From positions 1 to 34,491 of the IMG/VR virus record IMGVR_UViG_3300012348_000076: a stretch of 34,491 nt of DNA, one strand, 5' to 3'. Position numbers and translations under genes: made by a program. Shown one piece after another: positions 6,662-15,707 of this stretch; the stretch's first letter is position 1, and every line of letters starts with the position of its first letter. The stretch is from a virus (Duplodnaviria; Caudoviricetes). Below the pieces are notes generated by a model. That model saw only the letters and a program-made list of their open reading frames with translations. It was not told the DNA's origin and searched no databases.

Positions 6662-8394
6662 TGAAACGTATTGCTATTGATATCGAGACAAACATGGCAC
6701 ACGATGTCATTCATCTCGCTGTCACGCAGGACATTGACACGCAGGAGGTACGTACATGGAGCAATCCAACAGGGCTTTGGGACTACTTAAAGGACGCTAC
6801 GTTGATCGCAGCTCACAACGGAATATCCTTCGACTTTCCGATCTTAAACAAGCTTTGGAAGACCAAGATTGGACTGAAGCAAGCATACGACACACTCGTA
6901 GTGTCAAGGCTGATAGAGCCAACGAGGGACGGAGGACACAGCCTAGACGCATGGGGAAAGACATTGGGGGAGAGAAAACTTGACTACGCTGCAACATGGT
7001 CTTGGTTGGCTAATCGCCGTGAAGAATATAGTGGTGAATGCTTCGATAATCCTCATGTACAGCTTCTTGAGTATTATTGTATTCGGGACGTTTCCGTTCT
7101 TTGCCGTACTTATCTTCATCTTCAACAGCGCCTGTCAGATGAGGGATTCTCTCAGGTTTCGGTTGATCTTGAGCATCAAGTGGCCTCTATCATAAACAAG
7201 CAAGAACGAAATGGATTCAAACTAGATACCATTCACGCTACGTGCTTACTAGCTGAACTCAAGGGGAAGATGAGTGCCATCAATGACAAAATGCAGGATC
7301 TCTATCCACCGTATGAGGTTGAGCGCATCTCTGAAAAGACAGGGAAGGTTCTCAAGCCTGAAGTGGTGGTATTCAATCCAGCTAGTAGACAACAAATAGC
7401 TGAGAAGCTCATTGGCCTTGGGTGGAAACCTAAGAAGTTCACTGAGCCTACAGCTAACTACCCACAAGGTCAGGCTATTGTCGATGAAGCTGTGTTGATG
7501 TCTCTGAAGTATCCTATCGCTCAGTTGATCGCTGAGTACATGATGCTCGGTAAACGTATCGCTCAGATTGAGTCGTGGTTGGAAGTCGTAGGAGCTGACG
7601 GTAGGGTACATGGTAGAGTCATCACCAACGGAGCTGTAACAGGCCGTATGACTCACATGAAGCCTAACATGGCACAGATCCCTAACTCAGGTTCACCCTA
7701 TGGCCCTGAATGTCGTCAGTGCTGGACGGTTGAGGAAGGTAATGTTCTAGTAGGCGCTGACGCTAGTGGCTTAGAGTTGCGGATGTTAGCCCATTACATG
7801 AAGGATGAGAAGTATGTCAAGACAGTCACCGAGGGAAGCTCTAAGGACGGAACGGATGTCCACACGGTTAATCAGAAAGCAGCCGGACTACAAACACGTG
7901 ACCAAGCAAAGACATTTTGCTACGCTTGGCTTTACGGCGCAGGCCCGTCCAAGATTGGCGCGATTGTCGGTGGTAGTGCTAAGGATGGACAGAAGCTCAT
8001 CGATGCCTTTCTTAAAGGGACTCCCGCACTCAAGCGTCTACGTGATAAAGTATCCGTATATGCGTCCAAGGGCTATGTACCGGGGCTTGATGGTCGTAAG
8101 ATTTGGGTTCGCTCTGAACATGCGGCACTCAATAGCTTACTTCAAGGCGCAGGTGCAATCGTTATGAAGAAGGCTCTCGTGATCTTAGATGAGAAGTTTA
8201 GACGCAACAAGATTGACGCTAAGTTCACAGCTAATGTTCACGATGAGTGGCAGATAGAGTGTAGCGCAGACATAGCTGACGTAGTTGGCAAAGCTGCTGT
8301 ACAATCAATCAAGGAAGCAGGGATAGCGTATAATCTACGTTGCCCTCTAGACGGGGAATACAAAATTGGTAGAAACTGGCGAGAAACTCATTAA
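6661..8394 (+). CDS. polA: DNA polymerase family A (T7 gp5-like, with 3'-5' exonuclease)
   Basis: Exo motifs DIET, HNGISFD, YCIRD; pol motifs DASGLELR, RDQAKTFCYAWLYGAG, NVHDEWQ. Confidence 0.97.
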   Translation: MKRIAIDIETNMAHDVIHLAVTQDIDTQEVRTWSNPTGLWDYLKDATLIAAHNGISFDFPILNKLWKTKIGLKQAYDTLVVSRLIEPTRDGGHSLDAWGKTLGERKLDYAATWSWLANRREEYSGECFDNPHVQLLEYYCIRDVSVLCRTYLHLQQRLSDEGFSQVSVDLEHQVASIINKQERNGFKLDTIHATCLLAELKGKMSAINDKMQDLYPPYEVERISEKTGKVLKPEVVVFNPASRQQIAEKLIGLGWKPKKFTEPTANYPQGQAIVDEAVLMSLKYPIAQLIAEYMMLGKRIAQIESWLEVVGADGRVHGRVITNGAVTGRMTHMKPNMAQIPNSGSPYGPECRQCWTVEEGNVLVGADASGLELRMLAHYMKDEKYVKTVTEGSSKDGTDVHTVNQKAAGLQTRDQAKTFCYAWLYGAGPSKIGAIVGGSAKDGQKLIDAFLKGTPALKRLRDKVSVYASKGYVPGLDGRKIWVRSEHAALNSLLQGAGAIVMKKALVILDEKFRRNKIDAKFTANVHDEWQIECSADIADVVGKAAVQSIKEAGIAYNLRCPLDGEYKIGRNWRETH

Positions 8395-8566
8395 AGAAGA
8401 AACACAGGTTATTTGTTCTGATTTTGATGAAGACTGCAAAGATGTAAAGAATAAAACTCTTTGTTGGTTGTATCAACCAGAATGCGGTTTATGCCCTTTT
8501 TTGAAAGAGAATAATGATAGACAGATCAGACAAACTGAAATCTCAGATCATGCTGAACATAGGTGA
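8366..8566 (+). CDS. Cys-rich hypothetical protein; boundaries uncertain
   Basis: TTG start after GGGGA; five Cys; overlaps both neighbours. Confidence 0.4.
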   Translation: MVETGEKLIKEETQVICSDFDEDCKDVKNKTLCWLYQPECGLCPFLKENNDRQIRQTEISDHAEHR

Positions 8567-8699
8567 GAATTCTTTCACTCTATTACACAGCGATGATCTA
8601 GATCTCCTTGAGGTATACTTGGTGCTCTCAGCAGCCCTAGATTACATCGAGGATGAAGCAGAAGCTATCTCTCGTCGAGAAGGTAGTTATTTACAGTAA
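8514..8699 (+). CDS. Hypothetical protein (61 aa)
   Basis: Core-like codon usage; lies between polymerase and SSB-like gene. Confidence 0.6.
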   Translation: MIDRSDKLKSQIMLNIGENSFTLLHSDDLDLLEVYLVLSAALDYIEDEAEAISRREGSYLQ

Positions 8700-8738
8700 C
8701 GTGGCGAAAGCCCAATCCTTAAAAGGAAAAGAAAGTAT

Positions 8739-9161
8739 ATGTCAGCAGATCTCAAAGCAGTAAAAATTAACGGTGAGTTGTTCTGGTCTAAGTGGATGGC
8801 TGAATTCAACAAAGCATTCAACACCGACAATGATCGCTACGAGTGCACCATCGGTAACATCAGCGATGACGATGCAGCGAAGCTCACAGGGCTAGGCATC
8901 AAAGTGAAGCACAAGGATGCTATGGGTAACTTCATCGTCGCTAAGAGCAAGTACTTGTTCAAGCCTACTGACGATAAGCTCCAAGAAGTGCCTATCGAAG
9001 CTCTCGGTAACGGTTCTAAGTGCGTAGCCATCGTAGGTTCATACACACACCGTATGTCAGCTAAACACGGTAATGCTCCATCGCTGAAGACAATCATGGT
9101 CACTGAAGTGAAGACTTACGTGCCTGAGACAACCACAGGCGAAGATGACGACACCCTCTAA
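8739..9161 (+). CDS. Probable single-stranded DNA-binding protein (T7 gp2.5/DUF2815-like)
   Basis: LGNGSK motif, beta-rich, acidic C-terminal tail (GEDDDTL), position between polymerase and exonuclease. Confidence 0.7.
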   Translation: MSADLKAVKINGELFWSKWMAEFNKAFNTDNDRYECTIGNISDDDAAKLTGLGIKVKHKDAMGNFIVAKSKYLFKPTDDKLQEVPIEALGNGSKCVAIVGSYTHRMSAKHGNAPSLKTIMVTEVKTYVPETTTGEDDDTL

Positions 9162-9873
9162 TGATCGTCCTAAGTTAGCCATCATCGACGCTGACATCAT
9201 AACCTATCGTGTTGGGTTTGCCAGTGAAGACGTTGATGAGGCTATCTGTTTGGCTCGTGTGACTCAGTTAGTTCATGAGATTGTTTTCGATGACTTGAAG
9301 TGTGATGACTACAAAGCGTACATCACAGGTCGAGGAAACTTCCGCAATGAGATAGCAGTCACTGAGCCTTACAAAGGGAACAGGAAGGATGCTAAGAGGC
9401 CAGTGCATTACGAAGCTATCAGGAACCATCTCCAGCGCCTAGGGGCAGAACTGGTTGAAGGTCAAGAGGCAGACGATGCAGTGGCTATCGAGGCAACTAA
9501 GACGGGTGGCTGGATTGTCTCCATTGACAAAGACCTAGATCAAGTCGCTGGTTGGCACTACAACTTCGTGAAGCATGAGGAATACTACGTTACTGAAGAG
9601 GAAGGTCTTCGTAACTTATTCACTCAGGTGCTCACAGGGGATCGTATTGACAACATCATTGGCTTGAAGGGCATAGGGCCTAAGAAGGCTGAGAAGCTTT
9701 TAAAGGATTGTAAAACTGAAAGGGAATACTATGACGCTTGTCTCAAAGCTTACAATGGTAATCAACTTCGTGTCGATGAAAACTTGATGTTGCTATGGCT
9801 ACGAAGAACACCAAACCAAACGTGCCCTCATCTTTCTATCTTGTTGGGTGTCAATGGACAGTCAAGTACGTAG
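9145..9873 (+). CDS. 5'-3' exonuclease (T7 gp6/FEN-like)
   Basis: IIDAD, YKGNR, EADD, SIDKDL, GDRIDNIIGLKGIGPKKA helix-hairpin-helix. Confidence 0.93.
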   Translation: MTTPSNDRPKLAIIDADIITYRVGFASEDVDEAICLARVTQLVHEIVFDDLKCDDYKAYITGRGNFRNEIAVTEPYKGNRKDAKRPVHYEAIRNHLQRLGAELVEGQEADDAVAIEATKTGGWIVSIDKDLDQVAGWHYNFVKHEEYYVTEEEGLRNLFTQVLTGDRIDNIIGLKGIGPKKAEKLLKDCKTEREYYDACLKAYNGNQLRVDENLMLLWLRRTPNQTCPHLSILLGVNGQSST

Positions 9874-10079
9874 AGGACTTGAGCGAGTACGGTAAATGTG
9901 ATTGTGCTACATTCATGATTTATCTTCGCTCAGGTATGAACAAGAACTTCACTGAACAAACATTCTGCCATGAACTCGTCCACGCTATCATGTTCGCTAT
10001 GGGACATACTCAGCACGATGAGATCTTTGTAGATGCCTTCGGTGCTTTGTTGCATCAGTATGAACGTACTAAACTTTAA
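9795..10079 (+). CDS. Small HExxH metallopeptidase-like protein (94 aa)
   Basis: TFCHELVHAI...HDEIFV motif. Confidence 0.75.
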   Translation: MATKNTKPNVPSSFYLVGCQWTVKYVEDLSEYGKCDCATFMIYLRSGMNKNFTEQTFCHELVHAIMFAMGHTQHDEIFVDAFGALLHQYERTKL

Positions 10080-10090
10080 AGGAAATCAAA

Positions 10091-10291
10091 ATGGATGAAG
10101 CAGCTCAAGTAATTTTAGCTATTGTTTTTGGCCTTGCTGTCTTGTGTGGCTTTGGCACATATAGCAGCATTAAAGACAATGAAACAATGTTAGCTATGGT
10201 TGAAAAAGGAGCAGACCCTCAGAAAGCAGCTTGTGCTGTTAAAGGATCTACTGAAATCAATAAACAAGTTTGCCACGTTCTTGCAAAATAA
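10091..10291 (+). CDS. Small membrane-anchored protein (66 aa)
   Basis: N-terminal hydrophobic helix; AAGGA RBS. Confidence 0.7.
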   Translation: MDEAAQVILAIVFGLAVLCGFGTYSSIKDNETMLAMVEKGADPQKAACAVKGSTEINKQVCHVLAK

Positions 10292-10752
10292 TGGTAACTC
10301 GTAAGACAACAAGTGACGTAAGAGCTAACGCTATCAGACATGGTTGGCGTAGTGGTTTAGAGGAGAAGGTCGCTAATGCTCTCACTGAAGCGGGTATCCC
10401 TTTCACGTATGAGAAGACCAAAGTTAAGTACATCAAGCCAGCGAGTGAACACCAGTACACACCTGACTTCGTACTTGACAACGGTATCATCATCGAGACT
10501 AAAGGGCTATTCACTGCTCTAGATCGTCAGAAGCACATACTCGTGAAGAGGCAGCATCCTCACTTAGACATTCGTTTCGTATTCTCGAATAGCAAACAGC
10601 GTCTAAGTAAGGCATCTCGTACAACGTATGCTATGTGGTGTGAGAAAAACGGCTATTTGTACCATGACAAAGTAATTCCAGAACACTGGTTACACGAAAG
10701 ACGAAAAAGCGTGAAAACAGGGGAAAGGTTAAATGAAAAATCTAATCAGTAA
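10291..10752 (+). CDS. Endonuclease I / Holliday junction resolvase (T7 gp3-like)
   Basis: RSGLE, YTPDF, IIETKG, DIRFVF, TTYAMWCEKNG; probable start MVTRK at 10291 (TAATG coupling). Confidence 0.95.
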   Translation: MVTRKTTSDVRANAIRHGWRSGLEEKVANALTEAGIPFTYEKTKVKYIKPASEHQYTPDFVLDNGIIIETKGLFTALDRQKHILVKRQHPHLDIRFVFSNSKQRLSKASRTTYAMWCEKNGYLYHDKVIPEHWLHERRKSVKTGERLNEKSNQ

Positions 10753-11170
10753 AGAAGATGCTAAAGAGCAGGGCTTAAAACGATACTTTACAGGTCTCTT
10801 ATGTAAAAACGGACACCTAGAAGAACGGTTTGTTTCTACTCGTCAATGTATGCAATGTGCAAGGGATAAGAGTAAGGTTTATGCAAAAACGGATAAATCT
10901 CGGAATGCTCGACTATCTAGAACATATGGCGTTACTCTTGAGGAAGTTAATGAAACAACTCACTGTGACATTTGCAATACTAAACTTGTCCGAAAGGGTA
11001 TGGCAGGTAATGCGGTATGTGTAGATCACGATCACGTATCAGGAAAAGTACGTGGTATTCTTTGTAACAACTGTAATCGAGGTTTAGGGATGTTTAAGGA
11101 TAATCCAGACACAATCTCTAAAGCGATTGCTTATTTAGAAAGTCATAAAGATGGATCTAAAATTGGTTAA
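10733..11170 (+). CDS. HNH / endonuclease VII-family homing-type endonuclease
   Basis: CDIC...VDHDHVSGKVRGILCNNCNRGLG...AIAYL; N-terminal RYFTG..CKNGH..CxxC. Confidence 0.9.
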   Translation: MKNLISKEDAKEQGLKRYFTGLLCKNGHLEERFVSTRQCMQCARDKSKVYAKTDKSRNARLSRTYGVTLEEVNETTHCDICNTKLVRKGMAGNAVCVDHDHVSGKVRGILCNNCNRGLGMFKDNPDTISKAIAYLESHKDGSKIG

Positions 11171-11336
11171 GGAACATGAAGATGGTAGCGCAACTTACTC
11201 GTTCGACATGAGCGATGAGGAACGTTTAGCTCTTATCCAGCTAGGTATCGTTACCGCTTTGAAGGCGGGTATTGAAGAAGGAAAGAAGTACGACGATGTC
11301 GAAGCTAATAGTTCACTACAAACCACCTCCGTTTAA
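11151..11336 (+). CDS. Hypothetical protein (61 aa)
   Basis: KEHEDGSAT motif typical of small phage proteins. Confidence 0.7.
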   Translation: MDLKLVKEHEDGSATYSFDMSDEERLALIQLGIVTALKAGIEEGKKYDDVEANSSLQTTSV

Positions 11337-11502
11337 GCCTGACTGGACTGACGGGTGCTACAAAGTCTACGTGACTGATCATCCTAGACTAGGATGTCGT
11401 TTAATTACAACATCTAAGGTCATCAAGGATTACGACAATGGAATCTTTGAGACACAATGGGTGGTGTATCATCCTGTAGACGGAGACTTCAATGACACTT
11501 AA
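11296..11502 (+). CDS. Hypothetical protein (68 aa, MSKLIVHY...)
   Basis: DHPRLG...TS.V....FET motif; start inferred. Confidence 0.7.
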   Translation: MSKLIVHYKPPPFKPDWTDGCYKVYVTDHPRLGCRLITTSKVIKDYDNGIFETQWVVYHPVDGDFNDT

Positions 11503-11986
11503 TGAATACTTTCATGCAATCGTAAAGAACAAACCGAAGGAGTTAACTATGTTTGAGAATCTAAAGATACACTTCATGTCCTTATGGACTAAACCTGTAG
11601 CCTTCGTAGAGGAGGAAGACCATCCTAAGCTCATGGACGATGACTACTGGGCTTTTGAGATGGTGACTCACGAGTGGATCGACGAGGAAGGTCAGCTACG
11701 TCCTCGCAAAGAATCCATCATTATCGAGCCTCATGACACTACTTGGATGGAAGTCCTAGACCGTATCCTCGATGAGATGAGCAAGCACTACGGATACAAC
11801 ATCAAAGAGCAAGTGTACTACGCAGTTGAGTTCCCTCTCAATGAAGTCGATGAGCGCACTGGTAAGCCCTTCGCTGGTTATGGACGATGCTTGAACGATC
11901 AGATGCTTCAGCAACTCTTGTTGGCCTTCCCTGAGGTCTATGAGACACTCCCATTCAATAAGCCAACTAAGGATCTCTTCGCATGA
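11492..11986 (+). CDS. Hypothetical protein (164 aa; alternative start 11549)
   Basis: GGAG RBS at the first start, AAGGAG at the second. Confidence 0.75.
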   Translation: MTLNEYFHAIVKNKPKELTMFENLKIHFMSLWTKPVAFVEEEDHPKLMDDDYWAFEMVTHEWIDEEGQLRPRKESIIIEPHDTTWMEVLDRILDEMSKHYGYNIKEQVYYAVEFPLNEVDERTGKPFAGYGRCLNDQMLQQLLLAFPEVYETLPFNKPTKDLFA

Positions 11987-12756
11987 GGATCTTAGTCATT
12001 CCAGACACACAAGCTAAACCAGATGCCCCACAAGAGCATCTCACATGGGCAGGGAAAGCAATCTGTGAGTACCGTCCTGATGTCGTAGTTCACCTCGGTG
12101 ATCATTGGGACTTCCCTAGTCTCTCAAGCCACGACAAAGCAGGTAGCAAGTACTTTGAAGGTAAACGCTACTTAGCTGACGTAGCTGCAGGGAACACTGG
12201 GATGCTGACCTTGTTGAACCCTCTTCATGCTCTCCAGAAGGCTCAGAAGGAGAACAAACAGAAGGTCTACAAGCCTCGTATGGTGTTCTTGAAGGGTAAC
12301 CATGAGCATCGCCTCACGAGGGCTGTTAACAACAATCCCATGCTTGAAGGACTACTGACCTATGATGACCTCAACTTGAAAGACTGGGAAGTACATGAGT
12401 TCCTTCATCCTGTATTCATTAATGGTGTTGGCTTCAATCACTATTGGCCTGTTGGCGCTATGGGTAGACCTGCTGCTTCTCCCGCTGCTATTATCAGTAA
12501 GCTTCATATGTCTTGTGTGGCAGGACATCAACAGGGTAAGCAGATCGCTTATGGGAAACGTGCTGATGGCAAGCCTATATGCGCTGTTGTCGCTGGTAGC
12601 TATTACCTTCATGATGAGGACTACATGGATCAACTGAGTAACCGTCATTGGCGAGGCTTACTGGTTATGAACGAAGTAGAAGACGGACACTTTGACGAGA
12701 TGTTCCTATCAATCGAGTATTTGGAGAGAAAATATGGCAGTCAAACCAACAATTAA
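11983..12756 (+). CDS. Calcineurin-like metallophosphoesterase
   Basis: IPDTQ, LGDHWD, GNHE, GHQQ motifs. Confidence 0.9.
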   Translation: MRILVIPDTQAKPDAPQEHLTWAGKAICEYRPDVVVHLGDHWDFPSLSSHDKAGSKYFEGKRYLADVAAGNTGMLTLLNPLHALQKAQKENKQKVYKPRMVFLKGNHEHRLTRAVNNNPMLEGLLTYDDLNLKDWEVHEFLHPVFINGVGFNHYWPVGAMGRPAASPAAIISKLHMSCVAGHQQGKQIAYGKRADGKPICAVVAGSYYLHDEDYMDQLSNRHWRGLLVMNEVEDGHFDEMFLSIEYLERKYGSQTNN

Positions 12757-13042
12757 AGAGATCGAAGAGTGGAAAGCAGGGCTTAACGGCACAGCTAGTT
12801 ACGATGTAATAAGTAAACCAAAGCATTACATGCTCTTTGAGGACAAGAACATTGAAGTACGCGATGTGATCGAGAAACTTACAAGTAAAGTACGAATGTG
12901 TGTAGACACGCCAGATACTCCTTTGTTTGATTCAGATTATGTACAACTTATGCAGTACTTAATGAGATTCATGGACAAAAATGGTGTGGAAGATCTCAAA
13001 AAGGCTCGTTGGTATCTTGACAAGATGATCGAATCATACTAA
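12734..13042 (+). CDS. DUF3310-like protein (family including T7 gp1.7 and SaV-like proteins)
   Basis: ISKPKHY...IEVRDVI...YLMRFMDKNGVEDLKKARWYLDKMI; GGAG RBS before 12734. Confidence 0.8.
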   Translation: MAVKPTIKEIEEWKAGLNGTASYDVISKPKHYMLFEDKNIEVRDVIEKLTSKVRMCVDTPDTPLFDSDYVQLMQYLMRFMDKNGVEDLKKARWYLDKMIESY

Positions 13043-13072
13043 AATACCTGCCCTCTTCAAGAAAGTGTAAAG

Positions 13073-13516
13073 ATGGACAGCAAAAAGACCTTCTATGTTT
13101 ATTCCCATATAGACCCTAGGGATAACTCTAGACCTTATATTGGGATTGGACAATATGATCGAGCTTGGAGCACTAGGCGAAATCAACGCAAAGAACCTCA
13201 CGTTGCATGGCTTGAGGAACTTTACGAAGAAGGTTACACTTTAGCTGATATTGTCCGAATTGAGCACAACAGGCTGACTAAAAAAGAAGCATTAGCTTTA
13301 GAGTCTGAAGTAATCAAAACAGAACGTCCTAAATTTAATGAATTAGGAAATCCTGACCATTGGAATCGTGGACGTTTGTGGACAAGAGAGATTGAGCAGT
13401 TTGCAAAGTCTTTACACTCAATGGGGTATGGGTATATCAGTATTGCTCGTCTTTTAGGCGGGGATGACAATAAACACATGACAATTAAACGAATGGTAAA
13501 AAATGAAGCACACTGA
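13073..13516 (+). CDS. GIY-YIG-like endonuclease with C-terminal HTH (homing-type)
   Basis: FYVYSH...PYIGIG...R...EALALE...FN; YISIARLLG HTH-like segment. Confidence 0.75.
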   Translation: MDSKKTFYVYSHIDPRDNSRPYIGIGQYDRAWSTRRNQRKEPHVAWLEELYEEGYTLADIVRIEHNRLTKKEALALESEVIKTERPKFNELGNPDHWNRGRLWTREIEQFAKSLHSMGYGYISIARLLGGDDNKHMTIKRMVKNEAH

Positions 13517-15416
13517 AATGAACCCTTTTCAAACTTACATAGCAAAATCGAGATATAGCCGCTACTTGGACGATAAAGGTCGCCGTGAACACTGGCACGA
13601 GACAGCTAAACGCTACTTTGACTTCATGGAGAGTCACCTAAGTGACAAGCATAACTACACTTTGACCCCTGAGTTGCGTAGCCGCTTAGAGAATGCAGTG
13701 ATCAACTTGGATGTAATGCCTAGCATGAGATCAATCATGACCTCAGGTGAGGCTCTGGAGCGTCAGAACGTAGCTGGTTATAACTGTTCATTCTTGCCCA
13801 TTGACGACCCTAAAGCCTTCGATGAGGCTATGTACATCCTCCTGTGTGGTACAGGTGTAGGTTTCTCTGTGGAGCGTAAGTATGTCAACCGTCTACCTGA
13901 AATTCCTGAGAAGCTTTATGAGTCTAATACTGTGGTTCACGTTAAAGACTCCAAAGAGGGATGGGCTAAGGCGCTACGACAGGTACTCGCTCTATTGTGG
14001 GCGGGAGAAGTACCTAAGTGGGATGTCTCTGCTGTGCGTCCTGCTGGTACACGCCTCAAGACCTTCGGAGGTCGTGCGAGTGGCCCAGAGCCGTTGGTCG
14101 AACTCTTTAAATACGTGGTCGCTAAGTTTAAAGCTGCCCAAGGCCGCAAGCTCTTCTCGATTGAAGCTCATGATATTCTCTGTAAGATTGGAGAAGTTGT
14201 GGTTGTCGGTGGAGTTCGTCGATCAGCCATGATCTCTCTGTCTGACTTAGACGATGATCGTATGGCTCACGCTAAAGCTGGTAACTGGTGGGACGGCAAT
14301 GGTCAACGAGCCTTAGCTAACAATTCAGCTGTGTACGATGTCAAGCCCGATGTGGGTCAATTCATGCGAGAGTGGAGCAATATCTATGAAAGTCATTCAG
14401 GAGAGCGTGGCATTTTTAACCGCTATGCGTCTGAAATTCAAGCGTCTAAGAATGGTCGTCGTGTACTCGGTAAAGAATGGGGTACTAACCCTTGTTCTGA
14501 AATCATTCTCCGGCCTTACCAATTTTGCAACCTCAGTTCAGTTATTGTGCGTTCGGGGGATACACTGGAGTCTCTTAAAGAAAAAGTCGCTATTGCGGCA
14601 ATCTTGGGAACCTTCCAATCGACCTTGACTAGCTTCCCGTACCTGCGTAAGGTGTGGCAGACTAACACTGAGGAAGAGCGTTTGTTGGGTGTCTCCATGA
14701 CAGGTATCCTAGACAATACATTGCTCAATGATGCTTACGACAAGGAGCTACCAGCACGTTTGGAGGAGCTGAAGAATGTTGCTGTGGATACTAATAAGTC
14801 TCTTGCTGCTGAACTTGGCATCAATGCTTCTGCTGCAATCACCTGTGTCAAACCCGAAGGTACGGTTAGCCAGCTTACTGGTACTGCTAGTGGCATTCAT
14901 CCTCAACACAGTGCTTATTTCATTCGTCGTGTACGCTCTGATGCCAAAGATCCTCTCACTCAGTTCTTGAAGGATGCTGGATTCCCTTGGGAGCCTTGTG
15001 TGATGAAGCCTGAGTCAACAGCTATCTTCTCCTTCCCGATGAAGACACCTGAGGGTGCTCGTCTACGTGAAGACTTGAGTGCTATTGAACACTTGGACTT
15101 GTGGTTGACATTCCAGCGCCACTGGTGTGAACATAAGCCTTCAGTGACCATCTCAGTCAATGAGAATGAGTGGCCTAAGGTAGGGGCTTGGACATGGGAG
15201 AACTTCGATGAGATTACTGGCGTATCGTATTTGCCTATGGATGGCGGTACGTATCGACAGGCTCCCTATGAGTCTATCGACAAAGCAACGTATGATTCGA
15301 TGCTTGTGGAGATGCCTCAGTCGATTGATTGGGAGGGGATGGTAGAGAACACAGATAACGTCGAGGGTGCTCAGATGTTGTCGTGTACTGCTGGAGCTTG
15401 TGAGATTGCCTTCTAA
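13503..15416 (+). CDS. nrdJ: Class II adenosylcobalamin-dependent ribonucleotide reductase (monomeric RTPR type)
   Basis: GYNCS, GTGVGFS, GGVRRSA, TNPCSEI, KPEGTVSQL, C-terminal CTAGACE; no beta-subunit gene nearby. Confidence 0.95.
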   Translation: MKHTEMNPFQTYIAKSRYSRYLDDKGRREHWHETAKRYFDFMESHLSDKHNYTLTPELRSRLENAVINLDVMPSMRSIMTSGEALERQNVAGYNCSFLPIDDPKAFDEAMYILLCGTGVGFSVERKYVNRLPEIPEKLYESNTVVHVKDSKEGWAKALRQVLALLWAGEVPKWDVSAVRPAGTRLKTFGGRASGPEPLVELFKYVVAKFKAAQGRKLFSIEAHDILCKIGEVVVVGGVRRSAMISLSDLDDDRMAHAKAGNWWDGNGQRALANNSAVYDVKPDVGQFMREWSNIYESHSGERGIFNRYASEIQASKNGRRVLGKEWGTNPCSEIILRPYQFCNLSSVIVRSGDTLESLKEKVAIAAILGTFQSTLTSFPYLRKVWQTNTEEERLLGVSMTGILDNTLLNDAYDKELPARLEELKNVAVDTNKSLAAELGINASAAITCVKPEGTVSQLTGTASGIHPQHSAYFIRRVRSDAKDPLTQFLKDAGFPWEPCVMKPESTAIFSFPMKTPEGARLREDLSAIEHLDLWLTFQRHWCEHKPSVTISVNENEWPKVGAWTWENFDEITGVSYLPMDGGTYRQAPYESIDKATYDSMLVEMPQSIDWEGMVENTDNVEGAQMLSCTAGACEIAF

Positions 15417-15492
15417 GGTCGTTATCCTCATGCGGGTGGTCGAGATGATCACCTGCGCTCATATTATCGCTAATACTTGGCGACATTGGTAA
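15400..15492 (+). CDS. Possible small peptide (30 aa, ...VEMITCAHIIANTWRHW)
   Basis: Read manually; GTG start with GGAG RBS. Confidence 0.4.
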   Translation: MRLPSKVVILMRVVEMITCAHIIANTWRHW

Positions 15493-15516
15493 AAATTAGC
15501 ATAGGAGGCACTGGTA

Positions 15517-15669
15517 ATGATAGTAGACTTCTCATGGTCTGGAGGCTTTGTACTCGGTATTAACCATACTGACCAAGCCATTGTGGAGACTGACGAAGAT
15601 GAATACGAGATGGCTAACGCTATCTTGATTCACTTAGGGTTTGTTACTGTAGCAATCCTCTTCGTATAG
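15517..15669 (+). CDS. Hypothetical protein (50 aa, MIVDFSWSGG...), last gene of the + arm
   Basis: Read manually; AGGAGG RBS; ends just before the terminator. Confidence 0.65.
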   Translation: MIVDFSWSGGFVLGINHTDQAIVETDEDEYEMANAILIHLGFVTVAILFV

Positions 15670-15677
15670 TAGAAACT

Positions 15678-15707
15678 AAGAAGCCCCTCACAAGGGGCTT
15701 TCTTTTT
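15678..15707. terminator. Rho-independent terminator between the convergent arms, probably bidirectional
   Basis: AAGCCCCT-CACA-AGGGGCTT followed by TCTTTTT; A-rich left flank. Confidence 0.9.

Noticed and set aside
8703-8712. GGC-GAAA-GCC tetraloop hairpin upstream of the SSB-like gene
   Set aside because: Only a 3-bp stem; insufficient evidence for a regulatory RNA
13503-15416. Intein or intron in nrdJ (also checked polymerase and helicase)
   Set aside because: ORFs are continuous, of normal length, and lack splicing motifs
5242-15486. Many alternative-frame and antisense ORFs inside primase, polymerase, phosphoesterase and RNR genes
   Set aside because: Fully nested in well-supported genes with no recognisable motifs
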